A DNA stretch of 64,000 nucleotides from a virus (taxonomy: Duplodnaviria > Caudoviricetes). The position numbers and the translations under genes are program-made. The notes under the pieces are model-generated. The model was not told where the DNA came from. It saw only the letters and a program-made list of their open reading frames with translations, and searched no databases. Position 1 is the stretch's first letter, and every line of letters begins with the position of its first letter. Shown piece after piece: positions 55,864-64,000 of this stretch. The DNA lies in IMG/VR virus record IMGVR_UViG_3300029286_001711. One strand, given 5' to 3'.

Positions 55864-56133
55864 ATCCTGGTTTTTTACCACCATAAGGTACTTTCATAAC
55901 TGGAAATTTATCCCCAGTTAATCTATGACCCTTTCTAGGTAATTCTATTCTATCAATATCATGAAATTGTAAGAATTTTTCTACTTCTGCTTTAAATAAA
56001 TCCATTACTTCACGGTGTGCTAAATCTGGGTGATTTTTTTAATATCAACCATTAATTCAACTAACGTATCTTGAATAGTAGAGGCACCCTCTTTAATTAG
56101 TCTTTGTACTTTTTTATAACCCTCGTTAATCAT
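55853..56133 (-). pseudogene. Small ORF (about 93 aa if repaired) broken by a frameshift in a homopolymer run at about 56034-56040
   Basis: MINEGYKKVQRLIKEG...VDIKK, then NHPDLAHREVMDLFKAEVEKF...KKPGSTL* in the -1 frame; its ATG overlaps the DHH gene stop (ATGATTAA). Confidence 0.6.
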
Positions 56134-57586
56134 TTTGTATATCTTTAGGTTGACCACCAATTTCTGGTGTTATAGATTTTAATTCTTCAAATACAACTAA
56201 TTTAAGTTCTTTTACAAATGAATCTTGTAATTCTTTAAGGAAGAATGTACCCATTTTACCAAAATACATTAAACCCGATATGTTTGTTATACACTTATGT
56301 CCACCACTATTAGCTTGGATTATATCCCAACCAGAGATTGTTAACATTTTAAGTGCTTTTCTTTCTCTATCGTTTAAAGTGGTATATGGTTTATCTAAAA
56401 TCCTTTTTATTGCGTTTTGCCATCTTTCTACTGTGTAATCAGGTGCTGCACCGTTGGGTACTGTATTTAATCCGTTAACTGTTTCACCGTATATAGCAAT
56501 TAAATCGTTATATGTGAAACCAACACTCTCAGCCTCAAAAGATTTATGTTTTTCACCAAAGTATTTTAATGAATCGACAGTTACTCTAAAATCTCTTAAA
56601 GCGGTCTCAGATTTACTTAATACCCTTTGTGCTATTTCCCCTAAGTTAACACCCTTTAATGTTCTTTCAGATTTAAAAGGATTACAACTAGCTTGTAAAA
56701 GACCTAATGGCCATGCAATAACCAAAAAGTTAGCGTCTGGAAAATTCTTGAAGGGAACATAACGGTCATAAGCCCCAGGTTTCATTAGTGGACCACCACC
56801 ATATTGTGATATAATACCAGTTACAGAATCGTATTTAACCTTATCACTGGCTTTCATTGTCTCACCGTAAGCCATAGCGTGTTGAGTCATTACCTCTGGT
56901 GAAATATAACCCTCTTCTTTAGCCAATCCAACTATGTTTTGGTATATGTTTAAAAGAGATGGGGTACAACCCATAACTAGTCTTTCTAAAAATCTCGGTT
57001 TGTTTTTGTAAGCTAACAAAAGTTTATTAGTTACAAGAGCCATGGCTTTCTTATTACTCTCAAGACTTTTTTCTTTATCTAAAGAGAAAACAAACTTCAT
57101 AACCTGCTCTGGTGTAATACCTAACTTAGCATAGTTAGCACTATCTACTGTAGATATCATCAAGACATCCAAATGTGGAAATATTTCTTTTGGTGAAACT
57201 ATTTGTGAGATAGTTTCAACATTAGACCTAGCTTGTCTAAAAGATTTAGAAGTTTCAGCTGATGTACCGATTTGTTTATCGTGGTGGTCAGTATGAATTA
57301 TGAACATAGGTTTACCGTGAGCAAAGTCAACTAAGACTGGCATGATATCACCTTTAGCCATCGGTTTTTTAATAGCAAATTCTCTGTCACCGTATTGGAT
57401 AACTTCACAATCAACCACTTCAATTCCATAACTTTCTAAATAGTTTTTCATTGCAATAGCTGTTGTAACACCATCAGTATCTTGATGAAAATAAATCTTT
57501 GCACTCTCATATCTTTGAGCTAGTTCTTTGATGTTTCTAACACCAGATTCTAAAAGGATATTTTTTTCTAATAGTAAAGTCGACAT
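56126..57586 (-). CDS. DHH-superfamily phosphoesterase (with DHHA1-like GGH)
   Basis: FHQDTDG, LVDFAH, TDHHD, NSGGHK; late element at 57602-57609. Confidence 0.85.
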   Translation of the reverse strand: MSTLLLEKNILLESGVRNIKELAQRYESAKIYFHQDTDGVTTAIAMKNYLESYGIEVVDCEVIQYGDREFAIKKPMAKGDIMPVLVDFAHGKPMFIIHTDHHDKQIGTSAETSKSFRQARSNVETISQIVSPKEIFPHLDVLMISTVDSANYAKLGITPEQVMKFVFSLDKEKSLESNKKAMALVTNKLLLAYKNKPRFLERLVMGCTPSLLNIYQNIVGLAKEEGYISPEVMTQHAMAYGETMKASDKVKYDSVTGIISQYGGGPLMKPGAYDRYVPFKNFPDANFLVIAWPLGLLQASCNPFKSERTLKGVNLGEIAQRVLSKSETALRDFRVTVDSLKYFGEKHKSFEAESVGFTYNDLIAIYGETVNGLNTVPNGAAPDYTVERWQNAIKRILDKPYTTLNDRERKALKMLTISGWDIIQANSGGHKCITNISGLMYFGKMGTFFLKELQDSFVKELKLVVFEELKSITPEIGGQPKDIQND

Positions 57587-57608
57587 TAAAATTCTTTTAT
57601 AATAAATA

Positions 57609-57830
57609 TCACGATCTTTTATTCAATTCTTCTTCTTGAATTTTTATGTATTTATCCAAATATTGTTTAGCTTTGTATAAATCCTGAATCCCATTCTTAT
57701 GTTTCCAACGTGTAACATATTTAACGACATTACCCTCAAAAAAATCGAGGTTATGTTGTGCCGAGTAGTCCCACATCTCTGTTTTTCCTTGATTGTAGTG
57801 GGATGGGTGTGTAACTTGTTCTTTATTCAT
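57609..57830 (-). CDS. DUF3310 / T7 gp1.7-like nucleotide kinase domain protein
   Basis: VTHPSHYNQG, GNVVKYVTRW.HKNG.QDL.KA..YL. Confidence 0.85.
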   Translation of the reverse strand: MNKEQVTHPSHYNQGKTEMWDYSAQHNLDFFEGNVVKYVTRWKHKNGIQDLYKAKQYLDKYIKIQEEELNKRS

Positions 57831-57836
57831 AATTAA

Positions 57837-57868
57837 TTTGTATAATTAAAACTATTGTTATATCTTTG
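57837..57868 (+). promoter_or_regulatory. Bacteroidota-type promoter TTTG-N20-TATCTTTG
   Basis: -33 TTTG at 57837-40 and -7 box at 57861-68; ATG at 57898. Confidence 0.8.
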
Positions 57869-57897
57869 TAATTGTAAACAAAAACCTAATAAACTGT

Positions 57898-58914
57898 ATG
57901 TCAAAAACTAAAGAGACCGCACAAATCGTAAAGCTTACGGATTTCAATTTCCCACCAGAAGTATTCATACCTCTAAAAAGTGGTAAATTTATTGATACTA
58001 TAATATCCAAAAAGGGGGGTACAATGCCTGCAACCATTACAGTTGTTGTTGGTGAGCCGGGTTCGGGTAAAACAACCATGCTTGTCGATAAGATGGCTGG
58101 TATCGAGTCTATCGATAAAAATAAAAAATGTCTTTATATATCTTCCGAAATGAACCCTATTGATAATATGGAGTTAGCTGAAGATTTACCACAATTAATG
58201 GATTTAAATACATTATATCTAGCTGATTATGAAGATCCTAAAACAATTTTGGAAGATGTTCTTGATATTGGTTGGGATTACGTCCTAATTGATAGTTTCA
58301 TGGATGCTAAAGATAAAGTTAAAGATACTGCTAACATGAATTCAACAACCGTTGAAAGTTGGTTAATCAGTCTGATGATTAGACATACTAAAGGTCAAAA
58401 TAAGGCTAAAAAATACACCGCTTTTGATGTTATTCAACATATTACTAAAGGTGGTGAGTACGCTGGTTCCACAAAATTAAAACACAACACCACCGCGATG
58501 ATGTATGTTCGTATCGATGAACAAACAAATCAACGTTACCTTGTTTACGTTAAAAACCGTAGAGGTAGTATTCGTAAAAAATTATACATGTTACTCGAAG
58601 ATGGTGTTCTAGCTTACGATGGTAAAAAATATGGTGAATTAGAGAAAGCCATTAGTATTCAAAAACAAATGGATACATTCCAAAACGATAATGAGGCCAG
58701 ATTGATGGACTTACTTAAAACCTCTGAAACATCAGATAAAGAAATTTATAGTAAGATTTCTTTGGTTAAACCAGTTGGTGAGTTAGAACGTATTAGTATT
58801 GAGGAGTATAACAAAGAAATTAATGAAGCTGTTGAAAGGGTTCGTAATGGTGAAGGAATCCCTCATGAACAAGTTATGGAAGAAGTTGACAGAATTTTAG
58901 AAGGAGAAGATTAA
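57898..58914 (+). CDS. RadA/Sms-like RecA-fold ATPase
   Basis: GEPGSGKT, LYISSEM, VLIDSF, HITKGGEYAGSTKLKH, KNRRG. Confidence 0.8.
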   Translation: MSKTKETAQIVKLTDFNFPPEVFIPLKSGKFIDTIISKKGGTMPATITVVVGEPGSGKTTMLVDKMAGIESIDKNKKCLYISSEMNPIDNMELAEDLPQLMDLNTLYLADYEDPKTILEDVLDIGWDYVLIDSFMDAKDKVKDTANMNSTTVESWLISLMIRHTKGQNKAKKYTAFDVIQHITKGGEYAGSTKLKHNTTAMMYVRIDEQTNQRYLVYVKNRRGSIRKKLYMLLEDGVLAYDGKKYGELEKAISIQKQMDTFQNDNEARLMDLLKTSETSDKEIYSKISLVKPVGELERISIEEYNKEINEAVERVRNGEGIPHEQVMEEVDRILEGED

Positions 58915-58975
58915 TCGTTATTGCGGTTGTATTTATCATAAAGTATCATTATATTAAACAAAACAAAGAAAAAAC

Positions 58976-60082
58976 ATGGAAAACATTAACTACGACAATT
59001 TTAAAAAAGAAGTAAAAGAAAACTACCCAATTCGTAAGAATTTAACATTAGCTGAACTTAATATCGATTTTGAAGATGTTGAGAGTCGTAATGGTAATAT
59101 TACTCTTGAGGGTGTTAAATTAAAACTATCATCAGGAGCTTTCAAATCACTTCTTAAGACCCTTAAGATTAGTGATACCTTTATTGGTAAGTTCACAGAC
59201 ATTTTCGGTATGAATTCTCGTAACCAATTGGTTAAGATTATTAAAACCAAATTGGCAACAGCAAAAGATATGAAAATATCTATCTACATTTCTCCATCAA
59301 CAATGAGAGTGGTAGCCATCACTGACGCTGGTAAACCTTATGTTTCCCCAGAGTTCTATTTTGACATGGTTGAAAACGTTATCAATGACCACGATTTAGG
59401 TATTAGTAGCATGTCCATTTCAAGTGAGGGTAATGTTCAAATTTCTACCATTAAAAGTGGTTGGGGCTTTGATATTCCAACTTTGAAAGATGAAGCTTTC
59501 CATACTGGTGTTATTGTAACAGCCGGTCCAACGGAAGAAATCGCGATTGACCCTTACATTTTACGTCTTGTTTGTGCAAACGGAATGGTTGGTCCTCGTC
59601 GTCTTGAAATGGGTCCTCGTTTAATGAATAACAGTGTTGAAGATATTAACCGTTTCATGAATGAAATTAAGGGTTTAAGTGAAACCAATGTAAAATTTCA
59701 GGGTGTATTCTCTGATAATGTTAAGAAAATGAATTCTATTTCAGCTTCTTATAATGAAGTGTTAAAGCTTCGTGAACTTGTAGCTAACAAAGTTACAGAT
59801 AAGAATGACGCTCGTGTTGAAGCTGTTCTTGACCGTTTCTTCCCAACTAACGAGATTAAGGCCTCTTATAAAGACAAAGGTATCATCCTTGACTCTTTAA
59901 CTAACCGTCATTGGAAGAACGCTAAAACCGATATGACAGCCTGGGAACTACTTAACTCATTAACTGATGTAGCATCACACGATTACGGAATGGGAATTGG
60001 TGAACACGCTAAGAATGATTTGAGAAAACAATCTGGATTGTTTATGTTCAAAAAGGAATTCGATACAGAATTTATTCTATAA
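58976..60082 (+). CDS. DUF932-like protein
   Basis: ILRLVCANGM motif; paired with the RadA-like ATPase. Confidence 0.6.
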   Translation: MENINYDNFKKEVKENYPIRKNLTLAELNIDFEDVESRNGNITLEGVKLKLSSGAFKSLLKTLKISDTFIGKFTDIFGMNSRNQLVKIIKTKLATAKDMKISIYISPSTMRVVAITDAGKPYVSPEFYFDMVENVINDHDLGISSMSISSEGNVQISTIKSGWGFDIPTLKDEAFHTGVIVTAGPTEEIAIDPYILRLVCANGMVGPRRLEMGPRLMNNSVEDINRFMNEIKGLSETNVKFQGVFSDNVKKMNSISASYNEVLKLRELVANKVTDKNDARVEAVLDRFFPTNEIKASYKDKGIILDSLTNRHWKNAKTDMTAWELLNSLTDVASHDYGMGIGEHAKNDLRKQSGLFMFKKEFDTEFIL

Positions 60083-60083
60083 T

Positions 60084-60112
60084 AAAAAAGGGACTTTTTA
60101 AGTCCCTTTTTT
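60084..60112. terminator. Bidirectional intrinsic terminator
   Basis: AAAAAAGGGACTT-ttt-AAGTCCCTTTTTT. Confidence 0.9.
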
Positions 60113-60157
60113 ATTTAATTAATAATTAACCAATAAACATAATTAACATCACTTATC

Positions 60158-60538
60158 TCACGACATAATCTCTTTATTTTCGTTCGTTATACAAATTGTT
60201 ACTTCTATAACTGTTCCTATTTCATCATAACTTACTGTATAACCTAAAGGAGTTGCTAACGAATCTGAGGAAAAAACATTCCTATATGTTTTAGAATCAC
60301 TTTTTATAGGAATTGTTAAGGATATATCTGTGTAAAGAATATCACCTACCTGTATAATTCTACTCGATGTGTATATCATCACACCTCCTCTTGGAGGCAA
60401 AACAATTTCATTACAAGCCTCCACCGATATATTATATGGTGTTCCTAATTGGAAAGATAAAACAGGGTTAAATCTTGACCTCAATGCTCTCTCTAATTCT
60501 TGTTTTTTTAGTGTAATTTGTTCTGTTCTATCTGCCAT
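60158..60538 (-). CDS. Putative structural protein
   Basis: 126 aa, beta-rich. Confidence 0.6.
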   Translation of the reverse strand: MADRTEQITLKKQELERALRSRFNPVLSFQLGTPYNISVEACNEIVLPPRGGVMIYTSSRIIQVGDILYTDISLTIPIKSDSKTYRNVFSSDSLATPLGYTVSYDEIGTVIEVTICITNENKEIMS

Positions 60539-60549
60539 TTTTAATAAAA

Positions 60550-61128
60550 TTAATTTGTGAAAGTAATAGCTGTACCCTGAAGTATGTAAAACTCAAAATC
60601 CACATAAACTTCAGCTTCAAATATATTTGTATGTCCTGCTAACAAGGAAATATCATAGAATCGAGGGTCTATTGAATTATCCGTGTTAACCATCATTAAA
60701 CTTACAGGTACAACAAATCCACTTGCCGTTTCGTAAACTAAGGCAGATGGTGATAGTGCTGTATGACAATCTTTGAGAGATGGGTCAAAAGAATTTACAA
60801 CTGAATTGTTATCATAAACCTTGAAAGTTAAAGTATTATCAGGGTCAAAAACTGTACCTAAGTAGAAAACGTATATATTACTTCCTGACATACTTGTCGT
60901 TGGTACTATTGCACTAATACGGTATCTATCATATTTATTACCATCTACTATGTATAATGAATTTAATGGAATCATTCCACTCTGAACTTCTGAAAAAATA
61001 GTATCAGTTGTAACTGAAATGTCTGGATTTCCACTTGGTGCCCATGTAGCAGTGTTACCACTTGTGATAATAATGTAATTATTAACTGTTGCAGGTTTTA
61101 ACTGTTCTACTCTAACTTTTTGTGACAT
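60550..61128 (-). CDS. Putative tail-associated protein
   Basis: Starts MSQKVRVEQLK like the adjacent fibre (MSQVRGQQLK); late element at 61149-61156. Confidence 0.65.
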   Translation of the reverse strand: MSQKVRVEQLKPATVNNYIIITSGNTATWAPSGNPDISVTTDTIFSEVQSGMIPLNSLYIVDGNKYDRYRISAIVPTTSMSGSNIYVFYLGTVFDPDNTLTFKVYDNNSVVNSFDPSLKDCHTALSPSALVYETASGFVVPVSLMMVNTDNSIDPRFYDISLLAGHTNIFEAEVYVDFEFYILQGTAITFTN

Positions 61129-61157
61129 ATTGGTGATTAATGTTTTTTATAAATATG

Positions 61158-61187
61158 TGAAAAGCCCACTTGTGGGCGGGCTTTTCA
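61158..61187 (-). terminator. Intrinsic terminator
   Basis: TGAAAAGCCC...GGGCTTTTCA. Confidence 0.8.
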
Positions 61188-61207
61188 GTAAATTAAAGGA
61201 TTAAAAA

Positions 61208-63310
61208 TTATACGTTATAGTAGAAATCTACTCTATCGGTTGTAATTAAATTAAACCCAGCATTAGTTCCATTCCAACAGAAAAGATTAGTTGCTGCTAT
61301 AGTAGCGAAAGTTTCATAAACACCACTACCACAACCGTTAGCTGATGTAACGAAAGAACAATCTTTATCTGGTGTACCATCACCAACCACATACCAAACA
61401 CCGTTCACTGAAACACCAACATATGAACCATTTGAAGGTGTTGCTGTAATATGTAGACCAGTGTTTGCATTATTTCCGGCTGTATTACCTGAGAGTATGA
61501 CCATACCCTTATTAAGGATGGTTGGGTTAGCACCTGCTGTTTGTGTTTTCCAAGCGAAACCACCAGAACCGGCGTCATAAGTTAAAATTTGACCAGCTGT
61601 TGCTGTAGAACCCGTTACTAAAAGTTTAACTTCTTTTACACTACGGTCTTTTAAACCAACGTTCATACTCTGACCTAGAGTTACAAATGTTGATGCTGTT
61701 ACAACACCATCGTTAAATACAGTGAATCCACTGTTTGCTAACATAGCGTTTGTTACTTGACCAGTTCCGATACCGATTGTTACGGCTCCGTTTGTTGTTG
61801 TTGCTGTTAAACCAGCTTGTGCTGTTACAGATTGAATGATTGTACCACCAATTGATACTGTTCCACCACTATTATTAGTAAGTGTTAAAGTACCGTTGTT
61901 TACTGTACCACCAGTTGTGAATGTATCTCTATAAGGTAATGTGTAAACACCAGGAGCTATTGCTTGGTTATATAATAAACCAACTGTAGCGTTTGGAGAT
62001 GCTGGAGAGGCTCCAGTAGTTGTACCACCAGTTACATAGATTTCAGTTTGTGATAAAGCTGATAAACTAACAGAGTATGTAGTACCGTCATTTCTAGTGT
62101 AACTTAAAAGATTGCCACTAGTAAGTGTACCACCTGTTGTGAATATATTAACAAACGGTAAACTATAACCTGTAGCTCCATTACTGTATTGTAAGTTGAT
62201 TGTACCGTTAGGGTTAGCACTTGTACCAGAAACTGTTACAGTACCACCTGTTACGAAAGTATCATTACTATCAACAGTAGATAAATCTAAGGTATAAGTT
62301 GTTGAATTGTTTTGAACAAAGGTAGCTAATTTAGTTGTATTATTATAAGAACTACCAGTTGTAAATGTATCTTTGTATGGTAACGTGTAAGTACCAGGAG
62401 CAACACCAGTATTATATAACAACCCAATTGTTGCGTTATTATTAGATGTTGTTGCTGTTAAAGTGTTTGTACCACCAGTTACATAGATTTCAGCTTGTGT
62501 TAGAGCTGAAAGGGTAATTGTACCACCTAAAGTTACAGTACCACCACCACCTAAACCAGAACCAGCAGTTACTGTTACGTTACTGAATGTTAAAGCTGAG
62601 TTAGGAATGTTAGCTAAATTAGCTTCGTTTACATAAAGGTAAATCTGATCCGCGTTAACACCCACACCTTGTTGTACAACAACAGTGTTATCTGGTGATG
62701 CTAAAGGACCACTATTAACTGAAGTTGTTGTTAAAATAGCTGAATAAGTTGGTGTAATACCTGTTGATGGATTGGAAATTTCCCAGAAGTCATTAACTTC
62801 ATTCCATCTAATAAATACGTTTGGTTCAGAACCACGGGATACTTCAATACCAACATCTTGTGTAGGTGTACCAGCGGTGAAATTACTATTTAATAAAATA
62901 AAATTATCAGCTATTGTTACTGTTTCAGAGTTAACTGTCGTAGCCGTACCGTTTACAATTAAGTTACCGTAAATAATAACATTATTTGAGAAACCAAATT
63001 GATTCCCTGTGATTAAATTATTATTGGCTGGGTCACCTAAAACTAGGTTATTACTTGTGTTAGTATAAATTGTTTGATTATCTGTATTTACACTAAGACG
63101 TACGTTTGCACCGTTAGGGTTAACTACTGTTAAAGCAGTGGTACCTGTAACTGACTGTATAGTGTCAGCACTTAATGATATCCATTTGAATCCACCAGAA
63201 CCGGCATCGTAGGAAGGAACTTGTCCAGGACCTGCGGTACTACCCGTTACATAAAGCTTTATCGCTTCAATGGTGTTATTCTTTAATTGTTGGCCTCTAA
63301 CTTGTGACAT
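61208..63310 (-). CDS. Tail fibre-like Thr/Gly/Asn-rich protein with internal repeats
   Basis: Duplicated EIYVTGGT...GLLYN...PG.YTLPY.DTFTTG modules; late element at 63343-63350. Confidence 0.7.
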   Translation of the reverse strand: MSQVRGQQLKNNTIEAIKLYVTGSTAGPGQVPSYDAGSGGFKWISLSADTIQSVTGTTALTVVNPNGANVRLSVNTDNQTIYTNTSNNLVLGDPANNNLITGNQFGFSNNVIIYGNLIVNGTATTVNSETVTIADNFILLNSNFTAGTPTQDVGIEVSRGSEPNVFIRWNEVNDFWEISNPSTGITPTYSAILTTTSVNSGPLASPDNTVVVQQGVGVNADQIYLYVNEANLANIPNSALTFSNVTVTAGSGLGGGGTVTLGGTITLSALTQAEIYVTGGTNTLTATTSNNNATIGLLYNTGVAPGTYTLPYKDTFTTGSSYNNTTKLATFVQNNSTTYTLDLSTVDSNDTFVTGGTVTVSGTSANPNGTINLQYSNGATGYSLPFVNIFTTGGTLTSGNLLSYTRNDGTTYSVSLSALSQTEIYVTGGTTTGASPASPNATVGLLYNQAIAPGVYTLPYRDTFTTGGTVNNGTLTLTNNSGGTVSIGGTIIQSVTAQAGLTATTTNGAVTIGIGTGQVTNAMLANSGFTVFNDGVVTASTFVTLGQSMNVGLKDRSVKEVKLLVTGSTATAGQILTYDAGSGGFAWKTQTAGANPTILNKGMVILSGNTAGNNANTGLHITATPSNGSYVGVSVNGVWYVVGDGTPDKDCSFVTSANGCGSGVYETFATIAATNLFCWNGTNAGFNLITTDRVDFYYNV

Positions 63311-63369
63311 AGTTCTTTTTTATAATTTTTAGTTATTATTTAATAAATATTCTTTACTTTTAAAAAACA

Positions 63370-63873
63370 TTAGAAATAAATCATGTTTAATTCATCTGTT
63401 GTTAATATATTAAAAGGACCCGTCCATATGACACTGGTACCACCAGTTATTATATAATCATATGGACTTCCATAACGATATTTTACCCCATTAATAAAAA
63501 ATTTAGTTTCTGTTATATCCGAAGGTGTTGTCGGTAATATTGAATTAAACACTGTTTGACCCTGTGTTGATGCAGAAAAATAGAACACCACCTCAGATAC
63601 TGTAGAACCACTACTACCAAGATTTAGTAGACTCCAATCGGCATCAGTATTAACCCACGGCGGTGCTAATAACTTGTAATAATTATCGTTGTCTTGTTGA
63701 TAGACAATCATACCTTGTCTACGACGCAGTGTAGTTACAGCATTTCTCTGTATACTATTACCAACACTCCTTAAACCGTCAATACCATAAATTGGATCAA
63801 TAACAGCGTAGGTATCCCCCGTTGTACTTGGGGCTATAAAACCAGTAACCGTTACACCACCAATTATTGCCAT
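63370..63873 (-). CDS. Putative tail-associated structural protein
   Basis: RRQGMIVY motif, GQTVF, INGVKY. Confidence 0.6.
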   Translation of the reverse strand: MAIIGGVTVTGFIAPSTTGDTYAVIDPIYGIDGLRSVGNSIQRNAVTTLRRRQGMIVYQQDNDNYYKLLAPPWVNTDADWSLLNLGSSGSTVSEVVFYFSASTQGQTVFNSILPTTPSDITETKFFINGVKYRYGSPYDYIITGGTSVIWTGPFNILTTDELNMIYF

Positions 63874-63889
63874 CTTCTATTTTTTCTTT

Positions 63890-64000
63890 TTATGAACACA
63901 TCCAAACATTTAATGAACCACCAACAATATTGATAGTCCTATAAACGTTATAGGTTTGTGATACGCCATAAGCGTTATTAAATGTTACCGTACCTAAATT
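63890..64000 (-). CDS. C-terminus of a structural-type protein, truncated by window edge
   Basis: NLGTVTFNNAYGVSQTYNVYRTINIVGGSLNVWMCS*. Confidence 0.6.
   Translation of the reverse strand, partial: NLGTVTFNNAYGVSQTYNVYRTINIVGGSLNVWMCS

Noticed and set aside
775-62972. Many antisense or off-frame ORFs in the track (e.g. 775-1068, 31968-32411, 35963-36409, 40496-40741, 53164-53817)
   Set aside because: They lie wholly within well-supported genes on the other strand or frame and have shadow-type composition (Ser/Ile/Phe-rich or His/Leu runs mirroring repeats)
1-64000. tRNA, rRNA or tmRNA genes
   Set aside because: No cloverleaf with a T-loop GTTCRA and acceptor stem was seen; intergenic gaps are short and explained by promoters or terminators. 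A tRNAscan-SE run would be definitive

Overview
A 64-kb segment of a large AT-rich tailed phage with a T4-like head module. The likely host is Bacteroidota: two TTTG-N19/20-TAnnTTTG promoters, leaders without Shine-Dalgarno sites, and a DUF4494 gene. Layout: (1) 1-21063 (+) is one long co-oriented block. It holds dUTPase, a SET-domain protein, an Ntn protease-like protein and PhoH, plus about 11 glycosyltransferase-like genes, 3 methyltransferases and 5 nucleotide-sugar enzymes (a ColD-type dehydratase and a frameshifted WcaG/ColC-type reductase among them). It ends at a gp55-like sigma factor and a terminator. (2) 21104-26238 (+) encodes baseplate/structural genes including a gp5-like spike. 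(3) 26299-57600 is a mostly minus-strand head module (terminase, portal, prohead protease, scaffold, major capsid protein). It is interleaved with enzymes: a CCA-adding enzyme fused to a 2H phosphoesterase, GSII, a Pol-beta nucleotidyltransferase, a DHH phosphoesterase, a SprT-like peptidase, ThyA and ClpC. (4) 57898-60082 (+) holds RadA-like and DUF932-like genes. (5) 60158-64000 (-) holds tail-fibre-like genes. The strongest cross-cutting signal: an ATATTTAT element, the reverse orientation of the T4 late promoter, sits just upstream of about 18 late genes. Many of those genes, including unrelated enzymes, carry [ILV]-x-E leader or linker peptides like prohead-protease sites. This suggests a protease-matured enzyme cargo packaged in the head and delivered at infection. 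All family calls come from motif recognition by eye; no database searches were run.
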